Below are positions 1 through 41,605 of a DNA stretch of 64,000 bases, in pieces. This stretch comes from Amoebidium appalachense (Eukaryota; Protista; Ichthyosporea), in contig CAVNZM010000016.1 of NCBI GenBank assembly GCA_963693365.1, positions 6,431,029 through 6,495,028 of the forward strand, written 5' to 3'. The translations under genes and the position numbers were made by a program. How positions within the stretch are numbered: position 1 is the stretch's first letter; the number at the start of each line of letters is the position of its first letter. Below the pieces are notes generated by a model, which ran no database searches, was not told where the DNA came from, and saw only the letters and a list, made by a program, of their open reading frames with translations.

Positions 1-235
1 GGCTAATTTGGGCCAGGGACCACGCGGGGGGTTTGGAAATTTCAGCCGCGATGACCCCCTACAGCGGTGGCAATTCAACAAGCAGCAGTGGGAAAATATG
101 GGAGGGTCTATGGGTGACGATCCAAGTGCCGCCCTCCTTGACCTCTGATTTTCTTCTCTTTGCTTCTTTCTCTCTCTCTTTCTCTCTCTCCCCTCCCCCT
201 CCCCCCACGCCCCCCCCCCTCTCCTTCTCCTTTCT

Positions 236-305
<70 letters not shown>

Positions 306-334
306 CCTCTGTCTCTCCCTCTCTCCCTCTCTCC

Positions 335-366
<32 letters not shown>

Positions 367-1183
367 TTCCCCCCCTCCCCCTCCCCTCCCCGCCTTTGCC
401 GTTCTTCCGTTGCTATGACTTTGATTCATTCTGTCTGGCACTAATTCCACCACTTCGATATATTCCCAAATGTTTTCCTCGAGATTAGATTGTTTGAGTT
501 GTTTCCGAATATCGGCAACCTGCATGCGGAGGGAAATTTGGGTAGTATGGCTGTAAATACAATGATGTATCCATCCCACCGGTATCTCTTTTAGCACGAA
601 TATAGGCGTATCACACGTGCACTGAGCATGCACCCCCCTCCCTTTTTTTGACACCTTTTTGTGTCTTACTTCCGGCTTTAGCTTTTTCACTTCGAAATAT
701 TGGCTGATTTTTTGTTCAGCTCTTTTTCATAATTGGGTTCTCTCTGAAGACTGATGATACCCATGTTGTAACGCCATGTAGGAGACACGGGCGCACACAC
801 ACCTACATGCACACACACATGTACGAACATGCACACACTCGGGCGCGCGTGCACAGAACGCGCACACACACACACACATACACACACACACACGCGCGCA
901 CGCGCACACACACACACACACACACACCATACACACCTACACACACACATTCACCCACACCATCAACCCCTCTTTAGTATTTCGAATGAACCTGTGATGA
1001 TTGTCTATTTCTTTTTTTAGTTCTAAAGGTGTCTGTGGTTATGTGAAAACCGTGTTCAGCTTGATTAAAACGCCGAGAACATTTTCTGATGCCCGAGCCC
1101 TCCCCCCCCTCCCCCCTCCCCCTCCCCCGCCCATACACACGTGTGCGCGCACACACACACTCGCTCTCACCCCACGCAAAGCG

Positions 1184-1241
<58 letters not shown>

Positions 1242-2413
1242 TACACCTATACGCACTACTCGTGCTCAGTCCACCCACCAGCTAATAATAATGCATCCCG
1301 TGCTTTCATGCACCATATCGGGCTCATGATCACCAGGCCAGAGCCCGTTTGTCCACTTCCTCCTTCCCCTCCCCCCCCCCCCCCCCCCCCCCTCTCTCTC
1401 TCCCTCCTCCCCCCCTCGCTTGATCTCGCTGTGTTCCCTCCCATTTCCTCCCTCCTCTCCCCCCCAACCCCCTCCCCCCCATTTCTTCCTCCCCCTATTC
1501 CTCCTCTTTTCTCTTTCCCTACCTCTCTCTCTCTCGCCATCTGTATCTCTCTCTCCTGATATCTAGAGCTCTTTGCCCCCCCCTGCCCCCTCCCCCCCCC
1601 CCCCCCCCCCTCCCCCCGCGCCCTCTTTCCAATCCCTTTTCTTCTTTCCATTTTTCCCCACCGCCCACTCTCGCTCTCTTACCCTCTCTTTCATACCCTC
1701 TCTGCTCGAGAGATCCCCCCTTCTCCCTCCCTCCCCCTCTGTCCGCCTGTCTCTCCTGCTGTTTCTCTCCCAATAATCCCTCACCCCTTATCCGTTGGGC
1801 CATAGCAATTAGCGCATTTAGCACTTAACACACCAGCGATGTGTGGCAATTGCAAGCCATCAAATCCCCCTCCCCGCCTCCCCTCCCCCCTCCCCCCCCC
1901 CCCCCCCCCCCCCCGGCGCCCCCTCCCCCCGCCCCTTCCCATCTCTCCACACTTCTTTTGTTCTTGTGCATCACTTACCTGTTGCCGCGGAGGCAGTACG
2001 CAACTACCCCTCTGGTCACGAGACCCCACTCTTCTCCGGTCCATCCCTCGATCCCAGGGCCCCTGCGAAAGTTTGGCGAAGTATTCGGAATGCGTCACCT
2101 TACATAAAGAGAGCCTTTAAACCTTTTGCCTCCACCCATTTCTCGTTGCATGTTAAAGCCCTATACACACACAGAGCCCGCGCAGTGTGTGTGTCACGGT
2201 GTGTGCCAGTGTGTGTGTGTGCCGGTGTGTGTGTGTGTTTGTGTATGTGTGTGTGTGTGCGCGTGCGCCCGTGCGTGCAAGTGTTTGTCCGTCACACGCA
2301 AGCGTGTGTGCCTGCGTACAGCACTAATATACATGTGGGTGAGTCTATTCAATTCACGGTGTGTACGGTTTTTTCCTGTTTCTTTTTCTTTTTCTTTTTC
2401 TTTTTTCTTTTTT

Positions 2414-2459
<46 letters not shown>

Positions 2460-3060
2460 TTACAGGCCATAAGTAAATACCATGTTGTGATGCTGGCAAC
2501 CTATATATAGCTAATGAATCAATGGAGTCTTGTTGTTGGGCAGTCTTATGCATAGACCGGTGTCTCTAATCTTTAAACGGGGTTATTGTCATATAAATTT
2601 CAAATTTCATACGTTAAAAGTGGTAATAATAGAACATGATTTCCATACGATTCAGCACTTCAAGTTTGGCAGTGGCACAACGAATGGTTTTCTTATTTAG
2701 TTGGGAGGGATCGGCTAAAATAGAAATCAGCCTGAATATATAAGATTTATCGCTAGAAATTTGGAAATGTGTTCAGCATACATATGAGATTCCAGCAGCC
2801 GGCTAGTCCTCAAAACGTGTATGAGGTCAAGAGATGATTTCCTTAAAGTTTGGACCTTGTGTACCAGAAATGTTCAAAAACACGAAGAAATTTCATGGGG
2901 GGATACACCCGAATTTCGAACACAGGCAAAGTTTGGCCTACCCCTTGTAACTCCTTGTAGGAGATGATTGGGAATGGCCCAGGGGGAGGCCTCTGTAAAC
3001 GGAAAGGGAAGGAGGGGGGAGGGACTTGGGTGGGATGGGGAAGGGGGGGGGAGGAGAGGG

Positions 3061-3126
<66 letters not shown>

Positions 3127-3652
3127 GAGAGAGAGAGGAGTATATGGGAAACTGGTTACCAGTTTCGTAAACCGTTCCAGTACAGTAGGGGAATCGACCT
3201 GAAGTCAGTAATCCGCGGCAGAATCATTTTGCATAAATACCAAATCAGAGATTGCTTAATTGTTGAGTGAAGCTAACAGTGGAAAATCGGCAAACAAGGC
3301 CCGAGTGTGGACAGGTGGAAGCGAGCTAGGACCGTGTAGAGTACAAAAACGGTAACGTCGTAAAGTTTTTGGCCAACCAGATTAATTGCGTAAGTTGTGG
3401 AGATTGGAAAGTGTGGTGTGCTTGTGTGTGTGTAGGTGGTGGCCCCGGTGGTAGTGGTGGTGGTGGGGAGAGGGGGGAGGGAGAGGGGGGGGGGGGGGGG
3501 GGGGGGGAGGGACATGAATAATGCATGGTGATATTCAATGTGTGAGGTTCACTGCGGCACCCTCACTGAGTTTTCAAAGCTATTTCTTTTACTAATTTTA
3601 TCCACTTTATTCCCCCCTCCCTCCCCCCCCTCCCCCCCCCCCCCTCTCTCCG

Positions 3653-3700
<48 letters not shown>

Positions 3701-3835
3701 CCCCACCCATGACCACCCGCCCGCCCATCCCTCCCCTCCCCTGGCGGCTTCAACATATCAACTGCGCTACAACCGATCAGCAACTCTTTTGCACCTCGTC
3801 AATACGTATTTTTGCTGCACTTTTCTGAACTATGG
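1..3835 (+). CDS. Possible fragment of a multi-exon gene of unknown product (candidate exons about 2-125, 1283-1346, 3330-3389, 3740-3834)
   Basis: Complex-sequence islands between microsatellites have open frames (ANLGQGPRGGFGNFSRDDPLQRWQFNKQQWENMGG; DRVEYKNGNVVKFLANQINC followed by GTAAGT; ...LLHLVNTYFCCTFLNY followed by GTAAGG). I could not build a consistent model, and an island at 1979-2098 has a better donor on the minus strand. Confidence 0.25.
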
Positions 3836-4661
3836 TAAGGTCAATACAGCTATGTAGGCAGATGCATGCACGGATATAGCCAGGGGGGGGAGGGGGGGGG
3901 GGGGAGGGGGAGGGGGAAAGGGGGGAGGAGGGGGGAGGGGGAGGGTTTGCAACACAACGCACGGCTGTTTAAAATTTAGTGGAGTGGTGTGCGCACGTGT
4001 GCACGGTGCATGTCAGGCGGCCTGGGCCGAGTGGGTGGGTGTAGCGTACATGTGTGTTTGTGTATGTGCAAGCATTAAAGAGTAAGCCTTGTGTCTGTGA
4101 TGAATGGGTGTCGAGCGAGGGTGTGGAGCGAGGAGGAGGTGGGGGGGGGGGCATGGGGTGAAGGAGGGGAGGGCGGGAACTTCGGCAAATTTCAACTTAA
4201 GGATATGGCCAAATATGGAGGCCCGGAGAGGAGGAGCAGGGGGTGGCGGGGGGAGGGCCCGGGAGAGGGGAGGGGCTGTTCCATAGCAAATTGTCATGAG
4301 CTCGATGTGTGCGAGAGTGAACTACGTATGCGAACGAATGTGTGACTGTGTGCGCACGAGGCTCAGCACGTGCATGTGAGCACTGGTCACACGGTGTGTG
4401 CCTGTGTGCATGTGTGTTTGCTCTTGACTGTTTGTGTGTGTGTGTGTGCGCGCGCGTGTGTTTGTGTGTGCATGCTTGTATGTGTTTGTGTGTTCAGGTG
4501 CGGCTCCGGGCGGCGGTGGTAGTGGTAGGTGGGGTGGTGTGTACACGTGTGTGTGTGTGTGTGTGTGTGGTGTGGTGGTGGTGGTGGTGGGGGGGGGGGG
4601 GAAGCATCACTGCACGTTTGTAAACAGAGCAAAGCGGCGATCAGCTTGAAGCTCAGCACTG

Positions 4662-4700
<39 letters not shown>

Positions 4701-5869
4701 CTGCCCATGACTGGGCAACTTTTTATTGGGAGTGGTAAAGCAGTGCCCCCCATGCCACCCCATAGGACCGGGCCCTCAGTCCTACAGGGGTTTAAATTTT
4801 TTTTGGTTTTCTGTTGACACAGCTGGGTTGGGCCACCCTAAAACCGGCCAAATTTTCATCTGGATATGCCAGATCAATACTAGGATATAGTCAATATATA
4901 GATATCTGTATGATATGTATATGTGCATAAATGTAAGTTTTGTGAGAATATATAGAGATGATGACCCTTACAACAATACCAAAGTCTAAAAACCATAATA
5001 TAACAATTTAAAAATAAAAATATTAACCAAAAAAAAAAAAAAAAAAAAAAAACCGAAGAAAGAAATAAAGAGAGAGAGAGTTCTGCAGTGCTCTCCCTAT
5101 GTGTTGTAGTGCATTGTAGGTTGTAGTGCTTGTAGCTTTTTTTTTTTTTTTTTAAATCACACCAACGCAACCCTAACACACCAGCCAAACGCCACGCACA
5201 TTCCAAGAACACACAAACACGTCCACACACACGTGCTAATCGTTAACTCTACAACTGCTTTAACCCTGCACACACTACCACTATATCCAACTCGTGCGAA
5301 AGACCGAATACGAGATACGAGTCCAAACACAGTAGCAACATACACAGTAAGCCAAAACAAATGTAAAACTATAGATCAACAAGTATACAGAACAGCGTCA
5401 GTGTATCCTAAAAACATACACGGCAATACAGAAAATGCAATACAAATGGAGCTGGAGTGGCTCGGGTCGGGTCGGAGCGGCGGCTCAATAGCCCAAACTG
5501 CGACGCATCGATATCGGGTTTGTCGGGTCGTCCAGTTACGGTTTCACCGACGGTTCGAATCGGGTCAAGCAAATCCATACGCATCCATTGCATCACCGCA
5601 GTCCAAACACGGCAGAAAAGTACTCGCAAAACAAATCTCGCGAGTCCAGAACGGCCCGAATGCCATTTCATTTTCCGCCATACGACAAATTCGGTTCGGT
5701 TCGGGTCAGGGCGCACAATGTGGGACGCTGATGCCTCGACCTCAGGAGGTAGGAGGACTTTTGGGTAAGGTACGGGTGGCCGACAAATTCCGGGCCCGGG
5801 TCGGCTCGGAAAACATGGCGGGACGGGTCGGGTCGGCTAGGGTGGGGTCACGGATACGTGGGTACGTGT

Positions 5870-6028
5870 GCGCCTAAAGAGGTGCACACTCGCTCGGCAC
5901 CTAAAGAGGTGCACGTGCGATATCTTCGTTCGGTTGTAGGGGTCATCTGCACCTAAAGAGGCGCAACTGCGTTGCCTTCGTTGGGTGGTCGGGGTGGTGG
6001 GGTAGTGTGCACCTAGTGAGAGGTGCAC
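5870..6028. repeat. Four copies of a short hairpin motif GCACCT-N4/6-AGGTGC
   Basis: gcgcctaaagaggtgcac (5870), gcacctaaagaggtgcac (5897), gcacctaaagaggcgcaa (5949), gcacctagtgagaggtgcac (6009). Confidence 0.8.
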
Positions 6029-6058
6029 GTTCGTTGTCTTCGTTGGGGTTGTCGGAGT

Positions 6059-6318
6059 GTGGTTGCTACGGTGATGATGGTGGTCGGCATTGAAAAACAT
6101 CAGTCGTTGATGGTTATGTGGTTGTCGTAATGCTTGGTTGATACAGCTGGTCGGGACAGTAGATGGACACACCATGGGGGTGTCTGGGTAGGTGGTGGTT
6201 GCTACGGTAATGATGGTGGTCGGCATTGAAAAACATCAGTCGTTGATGGTTATGTGGTTGTCGTAATGCTTGGTTGATACAGCTGGTCGGGACAGTAGAT
6301 GGACACACCATGGGGGTG
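6059..6318. repeat. Tandem duplication, period 136 bp, two copies
   Basis: ggttgctacggt(g/a)atgatggtggtcggcattgaaaaacatcag...ggacacaccatgggggtg begins at 6061 and again at 6197. Confidence 0.9.
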
Positions 6319-7896
6319 GTTGGAATTACCAACGAGGTTGGGGGGTGTCTGGGTAGGTGGTGGTTGGATCTTGACGGCAAAAAGGGGTAGTAGAGTCACA
6401 CAGTGATGTGTGGGTAAAGCGACATTCGTTTCTATCGCGTTGACGATTTGTGACGATAACGGAACTGGTTGGTCGATGAATGAACAGCATGTATGCTTGG
6501 CTTACACTGTTAAGCATCCTTGTTTGCGGAAATGGAACGAAGGATTGGTAGACTTGAAAGCGGATTGGTAGCACTGGACCTTATTGCTCAGTAGAGAGAA
6601 AAACCTGACGAAAAAGTGCAGCATTGATTGCGTGCACAGACCTGAATCCACTGGAAGCGGAAACCTAAACGGAGGCCCAAACGATATTTGGAATGGTGTG
6701 ATGTGACGTGGATTTATGGAAGAAAACTTAGAATACATCTCACAAACAAAGGCTACAGTGTCGTTGATGCATGCTGCCTCGGCCACATTCCTCGGCCCCC
6801 CGGCGAAAAACATGACTATGGCAGAATAGATCACCGTCACACCTGTTGCTTATGTCGAAATATCCACAGGGAAAAAAGGAAACTGGTATGATAAACATGG
6901 CGCAAGATCACAGAAAACATTCCATCGATCTCCAATGCTAGTTGACGTGCTTCCCGCCCAGCCCCCACCGACACGAAGAACGTTTCCCTGGCATCTTCAA
7001 TCTTTGTCACGCTTACTGCTCAAGTGTGCCTATGTAGAAGAGGTATGTGTATGTCAAAGACACACTGGGAATGACTGCTGTGTCCAACATCGCGCACATT
7101 TTTCGTTTCATTCTCAACGTGAACCCCTCGGCCATATCGGCGAAGTCGGGATCGGTAAGTTTCTAGGAGGATTGGTACGTACGTTTGTGTGGTTTGCGAA
7201 GAGGCGAAGAATTTACAAAGAGAAAACGATTCTTCATGGCACGAGTGTAAACAGCAAAGAGATATTGATCCGACCTGAATCGATAAATGCTCCAACCAGA
7301 GTACTGTATGACGTCATCATATAAAAACGCCTGGCGCAGGGTCAGTTTTGCACGTGTTACTCTCTTTTTCTCACCATTTTACCCTAACGTGACAGGGAAC
7401 AAGCACATCACAAAAAAACCGTAGAAAAATTCTTGGCGGGGTAGTGGCTTAGTAAGTAATGGTAGGCATTCAACGATTTTGAGCTTCAATTTACGGAGAA
7501 CTTTGTAGTGTTTGCGCACCCCATGACTACAATAATTTCTCGGAATGCTTGTTGGTATGGCTTATTTTGCACTTTACGGGTTCTGGCACCGGGAGGCCAT
7601 AGGCCTGAGCCAAGAAAAACGTCAAACTTGTTACAAATGCGTGCCAAAGATGCATACTTTAAACGTTCACGTTGTTGCTTTTGCACCACAGGTGCATTTT
7701 TTCGTTTGAGAAACATTGACATCAGCTTTCAAATTCGTTTTTTTCGGTACACACACTTCAAATAACCCTTTTAGCATCTAGTTACCACAAACAGTTTCGA
7801 AGAAACGAATAAAAACCAAACAAATCACCCCTAATCCGAAAACGACAAATGAGTGTTGCGCAATGTACAGAAACTGACCAGTGGGCAGAAGGTACT

Positions 7897-9930
7897 TTAA
7901 CGTGTAGTGTTTCTGCGTGATCGTACCGGGCCTGTGTTTGTGTTGACTTGGGTGCGTGTGCGTGGAGGAACACCATGTGTGATGTGGTTTTCGAAGCATG
8001 CACGTGTTTGATCATTGCAGAGAAACACATTACACTTGATGCAGTAGGTATGTGTCTGGTGGCGTTCCCCTTTGTTCCTAAAGCAGAGAACGCATCTACC
8101 TTTTCTTTCTTTTCTGGCACGCTGGTGTCCGTGTAGAGCATGGGGGGCAGGAGCAGCAGGGGGAAGGGGGTATTCTAGTGCAGGCAGGTGGGGGTTGCAT
8201 ATGAGTGCTTCTGCTAGCTCACGCCTTGTGTCCATGCTCGTGTTTGTGGATTTGCCAAAGTATCTGTATGCAAAGTGTACGTTTGCTACTACAAACCCCA
8301 GAAGCCCCCCAAAGGTGCGGAGTTGGTGACGTTTAGTGCCCAAGGCTTCGTCCACAGAGCCGTTTAACATTCGTGTTTTGTTGAATATATCGGCCATGTT
8401 GTAGTTTTCGAAGTATTCTTCGACTGCTTTCGGTTGGGGGACGTCATTTCCGTTTCGTGATTTTCTCGGTTGACCCGGCTGAGTACTTGAACATGAGGTG
8501 ATCACTTTCATACTGTAGTTCTTGTTTCTCCATAACACCGCAACGAGGTCTACTCCGTCCACACTGCACACTGCCTCCGACCATACACCACGTCCTTCCT
8601 CACATAGAAGGTCCAACATGTTGAGGGGAAAGTCTCTGGTTGCGGTTTTGACATTGAAAAGTGCGTAGAATCCGATTTTGTACACTTCCCTTGTCCCGGT
8701 TACTGACCCAAACCAGCTGTCTCCGACGATCGTTCTGGGGTTACGGTGGGTGGGGTTGGCCCTTGGGGTTAGAAGACGCAAGGTGGTGCCTGTTCCAGCT
8801 CCCAACTGTCGGTACGGTTTGCTTGCCATCCTAAGCTTCCCCTCGTTCATTTCGAAGTTAATGAGTATGTTGGTTACACAGTCGTGTAGAGTTTTTATTT
8901 CTTGACCGAGAGGGTGGGGTTTTCGTTTTATATAGATTTGGCACGGAAGGTTGCAATGATAGCTGGCAAAGATGGCCTCGTCTTCGCATAATTCATCCCC
9001 GGGCTCGATAGAGCAACGGCACCGACTCTGCAGTGCTTCCATGAAACCGCGTGTGTCTTTCAGTGGATCATCCTCCGGATATTGAGTGATGTCGGTGACG
9101 GTAAAGCAGGCACGGATGTTTTCGAACCGGTGTTCGGTCATGAAGCGGGCAAAGTCGTGTACGGGAAATATGTGGCTTGGGTTCTCTGCTGCCGACGTCC
9201 AGTAGTTCGATCTCGAGCCGGGTTCGAATGTTCCAGCCATGTAAATCCACATACCCAACCACCTAAGTAGCTCACCCGGGGTTAAGTCAACCCAATTTTT
9301 TTAACGTGCACGACCTACTTCGTTTGTGAGTGGAATGACTGCTGTGAAGAGATACTCCATAGGCATGAAGTGTTCAAACAAACACAGAACACTCTTGCGC
9401 TTGTTTAGTGCTAGTGGAATGGTTGGTTTTCTGCGTGGGCCTGTTCTTTTGTCAAGTACTTGCTCATCTGGAATGGTCCATTGCAAGGTGCACGTGGGGT
9501 CGGTGGGGGTAGGTAACTCTACTTGTTCATCTACAAGTTCTATCTCATCTTCATTCTCACTGTCTGTGACAGGAATCTCTACTTGTTGGATGTCTCCATC
9601 TGGATCTTCGTCACTATCACTCTCTAGCTCGCTACTTGTGTGTTCACTGTCTTCTTCATCTATTAAAGTTAGCTGATGGCGCAGAACTACTTCTGTGGTA
9701 CCGTCAAAATCAAACTTTACTTTCCATTCACTGCCTTCGTTTGTCTTGCATCGTTTCACTACTGTGCCAACCAGTATTTGTGTGTCCCAACTCAGGCCGA
9801 ACTTCTTGTAAGACCAACGTGTGGTGTCATCTGTGAAATCTTGCCCCTGAACCCCGTCAAATATGTATGCAAAACAACAGACACGAGCTCCAGAATAAAG
9901 TGACTCTATTGGGTCTAATGTTTTGGCCAT
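7897..9930 (-). mobile_element. piggyBac-superfamily transposase, intronless, interrupted by one in-frame TAA at 9301-9303
   Basis: ORFs 9301-9930 and 7897-9258 are in the same frame (GRAR*KNWVDLTPGELLRWLGMWIYM). Catalytic DDD-type motifs CEDEAIF, IVGDSWFGS and NMADIFNK are present, with YIKRKPHPLG, an acidic N-terminal tract and a C-terminal Cys-rich domain (CVLC...CIKCNVFLC...CFENH). I could not confidently identify TIRs or TTAA ends. Confidence 0.9.
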
Positions 9931-10375
9931 GTTGGGCGCTCATCTTTCACATGAAACCCATGGCTTGTTGTGTTCGCGGACTCAGCAAGTTTCGTCCGTT
10001 TGATCATGAATCATGTTGTTGTCGAGCATGAATTCAAAAACTTGCAACAGCGTCGGCAACCAATAAAAGCTAGGGAAGGCCTTGTTAGTTACCGTACCAA
10101 AGACAAAAAAGGTGTAAACTTATGTTTTCTTACTGGCTGTACAAAAAAAAGCGGGCTCCTGGGCCCCAATAGCTCGCGGTATCCTTCCGAAACAAGCATT
10201 CCTAAAGTACTGCGGTCAGAGTACTTATGGCCGCTAAGTTCTCCGATCAGAGTACATTTCGGATGCATCAATATAGCGGATGGAAAGTGGATGGATGAAG
10301 ATACGGTTCGATGCACTGAGACTGAGAGCGATTTTCAGTGCACCAAACTATACTGCGTCTGTGTAAAGGCGACAC

Positions 10376-10527
10376 AGGGAGTTGTTGAAGAGCGGAGTGT
10401 TTTTAAGAAAGGAAGGCGTACAATAGGTTGTTTGAAATGGGGGAGAAAACAAAGAGGGAGTTGTTGAAGAGCGGAGTGTTTTTAAGAAAGGAAGGCGTAC
10501 AATAGGTTGTTTGAAATGGGGGAGAAC
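10376..10527. repeat. Tandem duplication, period 79 bp, two copies, upstream of the transposase
   Basis: agggagttgttgaagagcggagtgtttttaagaaaggaaggcgtacaataggttgtttgaaatgggggagaa at 10376 and 10455. Confidence 0.9.
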
Positions 10528-11025
10528 AGAAAACAAAGTGGGTAAGTGGTAAAAGGGCAAGAAGGGAAGAGACGAATATTGAAGGAAGAGGGGGGGAAAG
10601 AAAAAAGGAAGGTGGGAGGAAGAAAACGGGGCGGCCAGGGCAGGAGGGAGGGGTTACGCAACGCTGGAATGTGGTGGCTCGTGGTTGGTCAACTTGGCAT
10701 GCATTTAAACACTGGAATGCGGTGATATAATATTACCATGTGATAAAAAACAAATTGCGGACGTTTCGGCTTTTGTATTAGTTTTAATCCGCTGTTGCAT
10801 GTGTGTTTAAAAATATATATAACGGTTATTAATCATGCTTGGGTAGGTCCCACTGTGTGAGTGCGCGCGAACCGGTAGCGCGCAGTGGCAGACTTTCACC
10901 GTGATTTTGAAAAAAACAGCACAAGGCCCGTTTCTGTACAACAACGTGTCCTACTCAACATCTTCCACACACTACCTACCAAAGAACTTCTCCCTGTTCC
11001 TGATCATAACTCCCTGTTTCCTACC

Positions 11026-31282
<20,257 letters not shown>

Positions 31283-32275
31283 AATGTCCGAGAACCAGTG
31301 CCTATCTTTGTGTGTGCTAATGAACGATAAGCGTGATATTTACACGTGCTTATTCTACGTGTGTGTAAAAGTGTTAATGCATTTAATGCACCATACCGTT
31401 TGGCAATGCAGGCAAAGCATGTGAGTGGTTTTAACGCATACATGTAGTGGACAAGTATTGATCGTGCATGTGTGTGTTTAATTGGATATATATATATATG
31501 CGCTTGTGAGAATGTGGTGGGCTTCATCTCGTGCTTCAGAGTATATCTGATAGGTGCATAAGTGATTCTGCACGAATTGTTTTTCTTTTTGGTCTACAAA
31601 TTTCGTAGATATCTTAACAGAAACTTTGGAATTGACTTGTTTCTTCTGCAGTGGGCCAATTTCCTGCTCGTATATCACTGATTTGTAATTTCCTGAGATA
31701 GTTGCTACATTTTTGCGGCGATGAATTCTAAGTTGATCATAAAGGACATGACTGTTGTAAATATATTGCTATGCTATTTCCTGCAAACTTTCATAAATTC
31801 AAGTTATATCTACACGGTTGTTGTACGGTTATGTATTCCGTCAGCTTGTATGAGTTGATTCGGTTAATTACATTTATCGTATTTTCACATAGAAGGGCAT
31901 TTTCAGGTAGATATTCACTTGGGGTTTACGCTGTTTACTCATATTCACTTGCATATATGTAGCCATTTCAAAACAATATTTCTGGAAGTAGAAAATGGTT
32001 GTCAAAGAGTGTTACTCCAGTTGAATTTGGACCATAGAAATGATCTATTGGCATTTGATGATTTCAGATTCACAACTGTTCCGGTGGGATGTTAAAAAAG
32101 ATAATGCAATCATAGTAAATGTTTGAATTCTTACAACTGCGTGCTATTTGGTTAAAAGTCCGCACATTTGAGCCATGGGCAAATGACGCCACAGCACACA
32201 CGCATACAAACATGTAAACAAGCGTGTGTGTTCGCGGTGTGTGTGTGTGTGCGTGTGGGGGGGGGGGGGGGGGTA

Positions 32276-32315
<40 letters not shown>

Positions 32316-32549
32316 CGCGTGCACATGTGTGGGTGGGTGGGTGGGTGTACATGGCCCTGAGTGGATGTGTGCGGGTGTGTGTGCCTGTGTGTATGGTGTC
32401 TATGCACGTCTGCCAGGTAGCTAGGAGAAGGGGGGCCATGACAAAGGCCCAAGCGGATTGATGGTTCAAGAAGATAAAAAAAAATTATAAAAAGAAATTT
32501 ACCTGCGGGACCGTGACCCGCGCGTGTGTGTGTGTGTGTGTGTGTGTGT

Positions 32550-32585
<36 letters not shown>

Positions 32586-33070
32586 GTAAGATATGTGCCC
32601 ATATCAGCAAAATTGTGATGTATGAGTTTTATGTATTCCGAATATTTACATCCCATACCACTTATTTCGTGTGAAAAACTTTGAGTCACCCACGTGGACA
32701 ACACTTCTATATGCATGCCTTACACATGTGCACTTGAGTTACACAAGTTTCTACATATATGTATACCATAACCGGAAACCCGGAGATAACATGCATTTGC
32801 GTAAGTAAACTCTTTCTAATCGCACAGACTAACTGTGTGGTTTCTTAGCTTTCGCCAGTTGATGTTACAAAACGTTATACAACTTGCCAAAAATAGTCAC
32901 AGACACTCGTTTTGGCCTTTACCACCATCTAATATTAGCCGGTGGGATGGATCATGAAAATGCGAAAACTCGAATGAGAGAAAAAAAAAACATGTACACA
33001 TGCATGCCATGATGAATAATCTGAGGGGTAGGAGGCGGCATTTCATCGTGGGGTCCGAGTATGCATGTGC

Positions 33071-33101
<31 letters not shown>

Positions 33102-33115
33102 TGCGTGTGTGTGTG

Positions 33116-33157
<42 letters not shown>

Positions 33158-33615
33158 CACAACGATATATTGGTTAGGCCTAGTGGAGCTACTAGCCCCG
33201 TTTCAAACACCTTCTAAAGGCGCTGTTCCCTAATTCTAGAAAGACAAAGGAGATCAACATTGCCATCATATGTACTGAAAGCTACTGAACCCCCCCCCCT
33301 CCCCCCCCCCCCCCCCTTCCTCCTCCCCCCCTCCCCCCCCCCCCTCCCCCCCCCCCCCCCCTCCCCCTGCGCGCAAGCAGGGGGGGCACTGGGGGCATCC
33401 ACCCACCCACACATATACCCATGCCTCGTTCTCGGCCCCCCCCACCAAAAAAAACACGAACACACTGTGTAGTGTACATATAAACCAACACGTAGGTATG
33501 CATCTTACCGGAGAAAGTGGCGCCCCCCAGGGGAGGGGGGTGGGGAGAAGGGGAAAGGCGAATAAAAAGACTCCCCCCCCCCCCCCCCCCCCCCCACAAA
33601 AAAAAAAAAAAAAGA

Positions 33616-41358
<7,743 letters not shown>

Positions 41359-41605
41359 CCTTCCACCAGATGACCGGAATTCATGCAAGTTCAGAAACTT
41401 ATGTATCTAGATGTAAGAAGCGTTTGGATACCTCAGCTTTTAAAGAAGAGTCTCAATTGTTTATGACGACATCGCTTTTTCTCGTGCGGCAAACAGATAG
41501 AGAAAGAAGTGACAACTACCATGAACAAGGGCAAAGTGTGACAATGTGAATGTGAACAGTTAGTACTTGCGTTTTTCATACAGTGGCTCTGACGTCACAC
41601 AGGGG

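Noticed and set aside
9262-9320. Small intron removing the transposase stop codon
   Set aside because: The best acceptor shifts the frame, and the in-frame alternative deletes the family-typical W-x-x-LT-x-x-E segment.
7760-10560. piggyBac TIRs at about 7766 (ATAA-CCCTTTT) and about 10557 (AAAAGGG-CAA)
   Set aside because: Only about 8 bp match and neither flank is TTAA; insufficient support.
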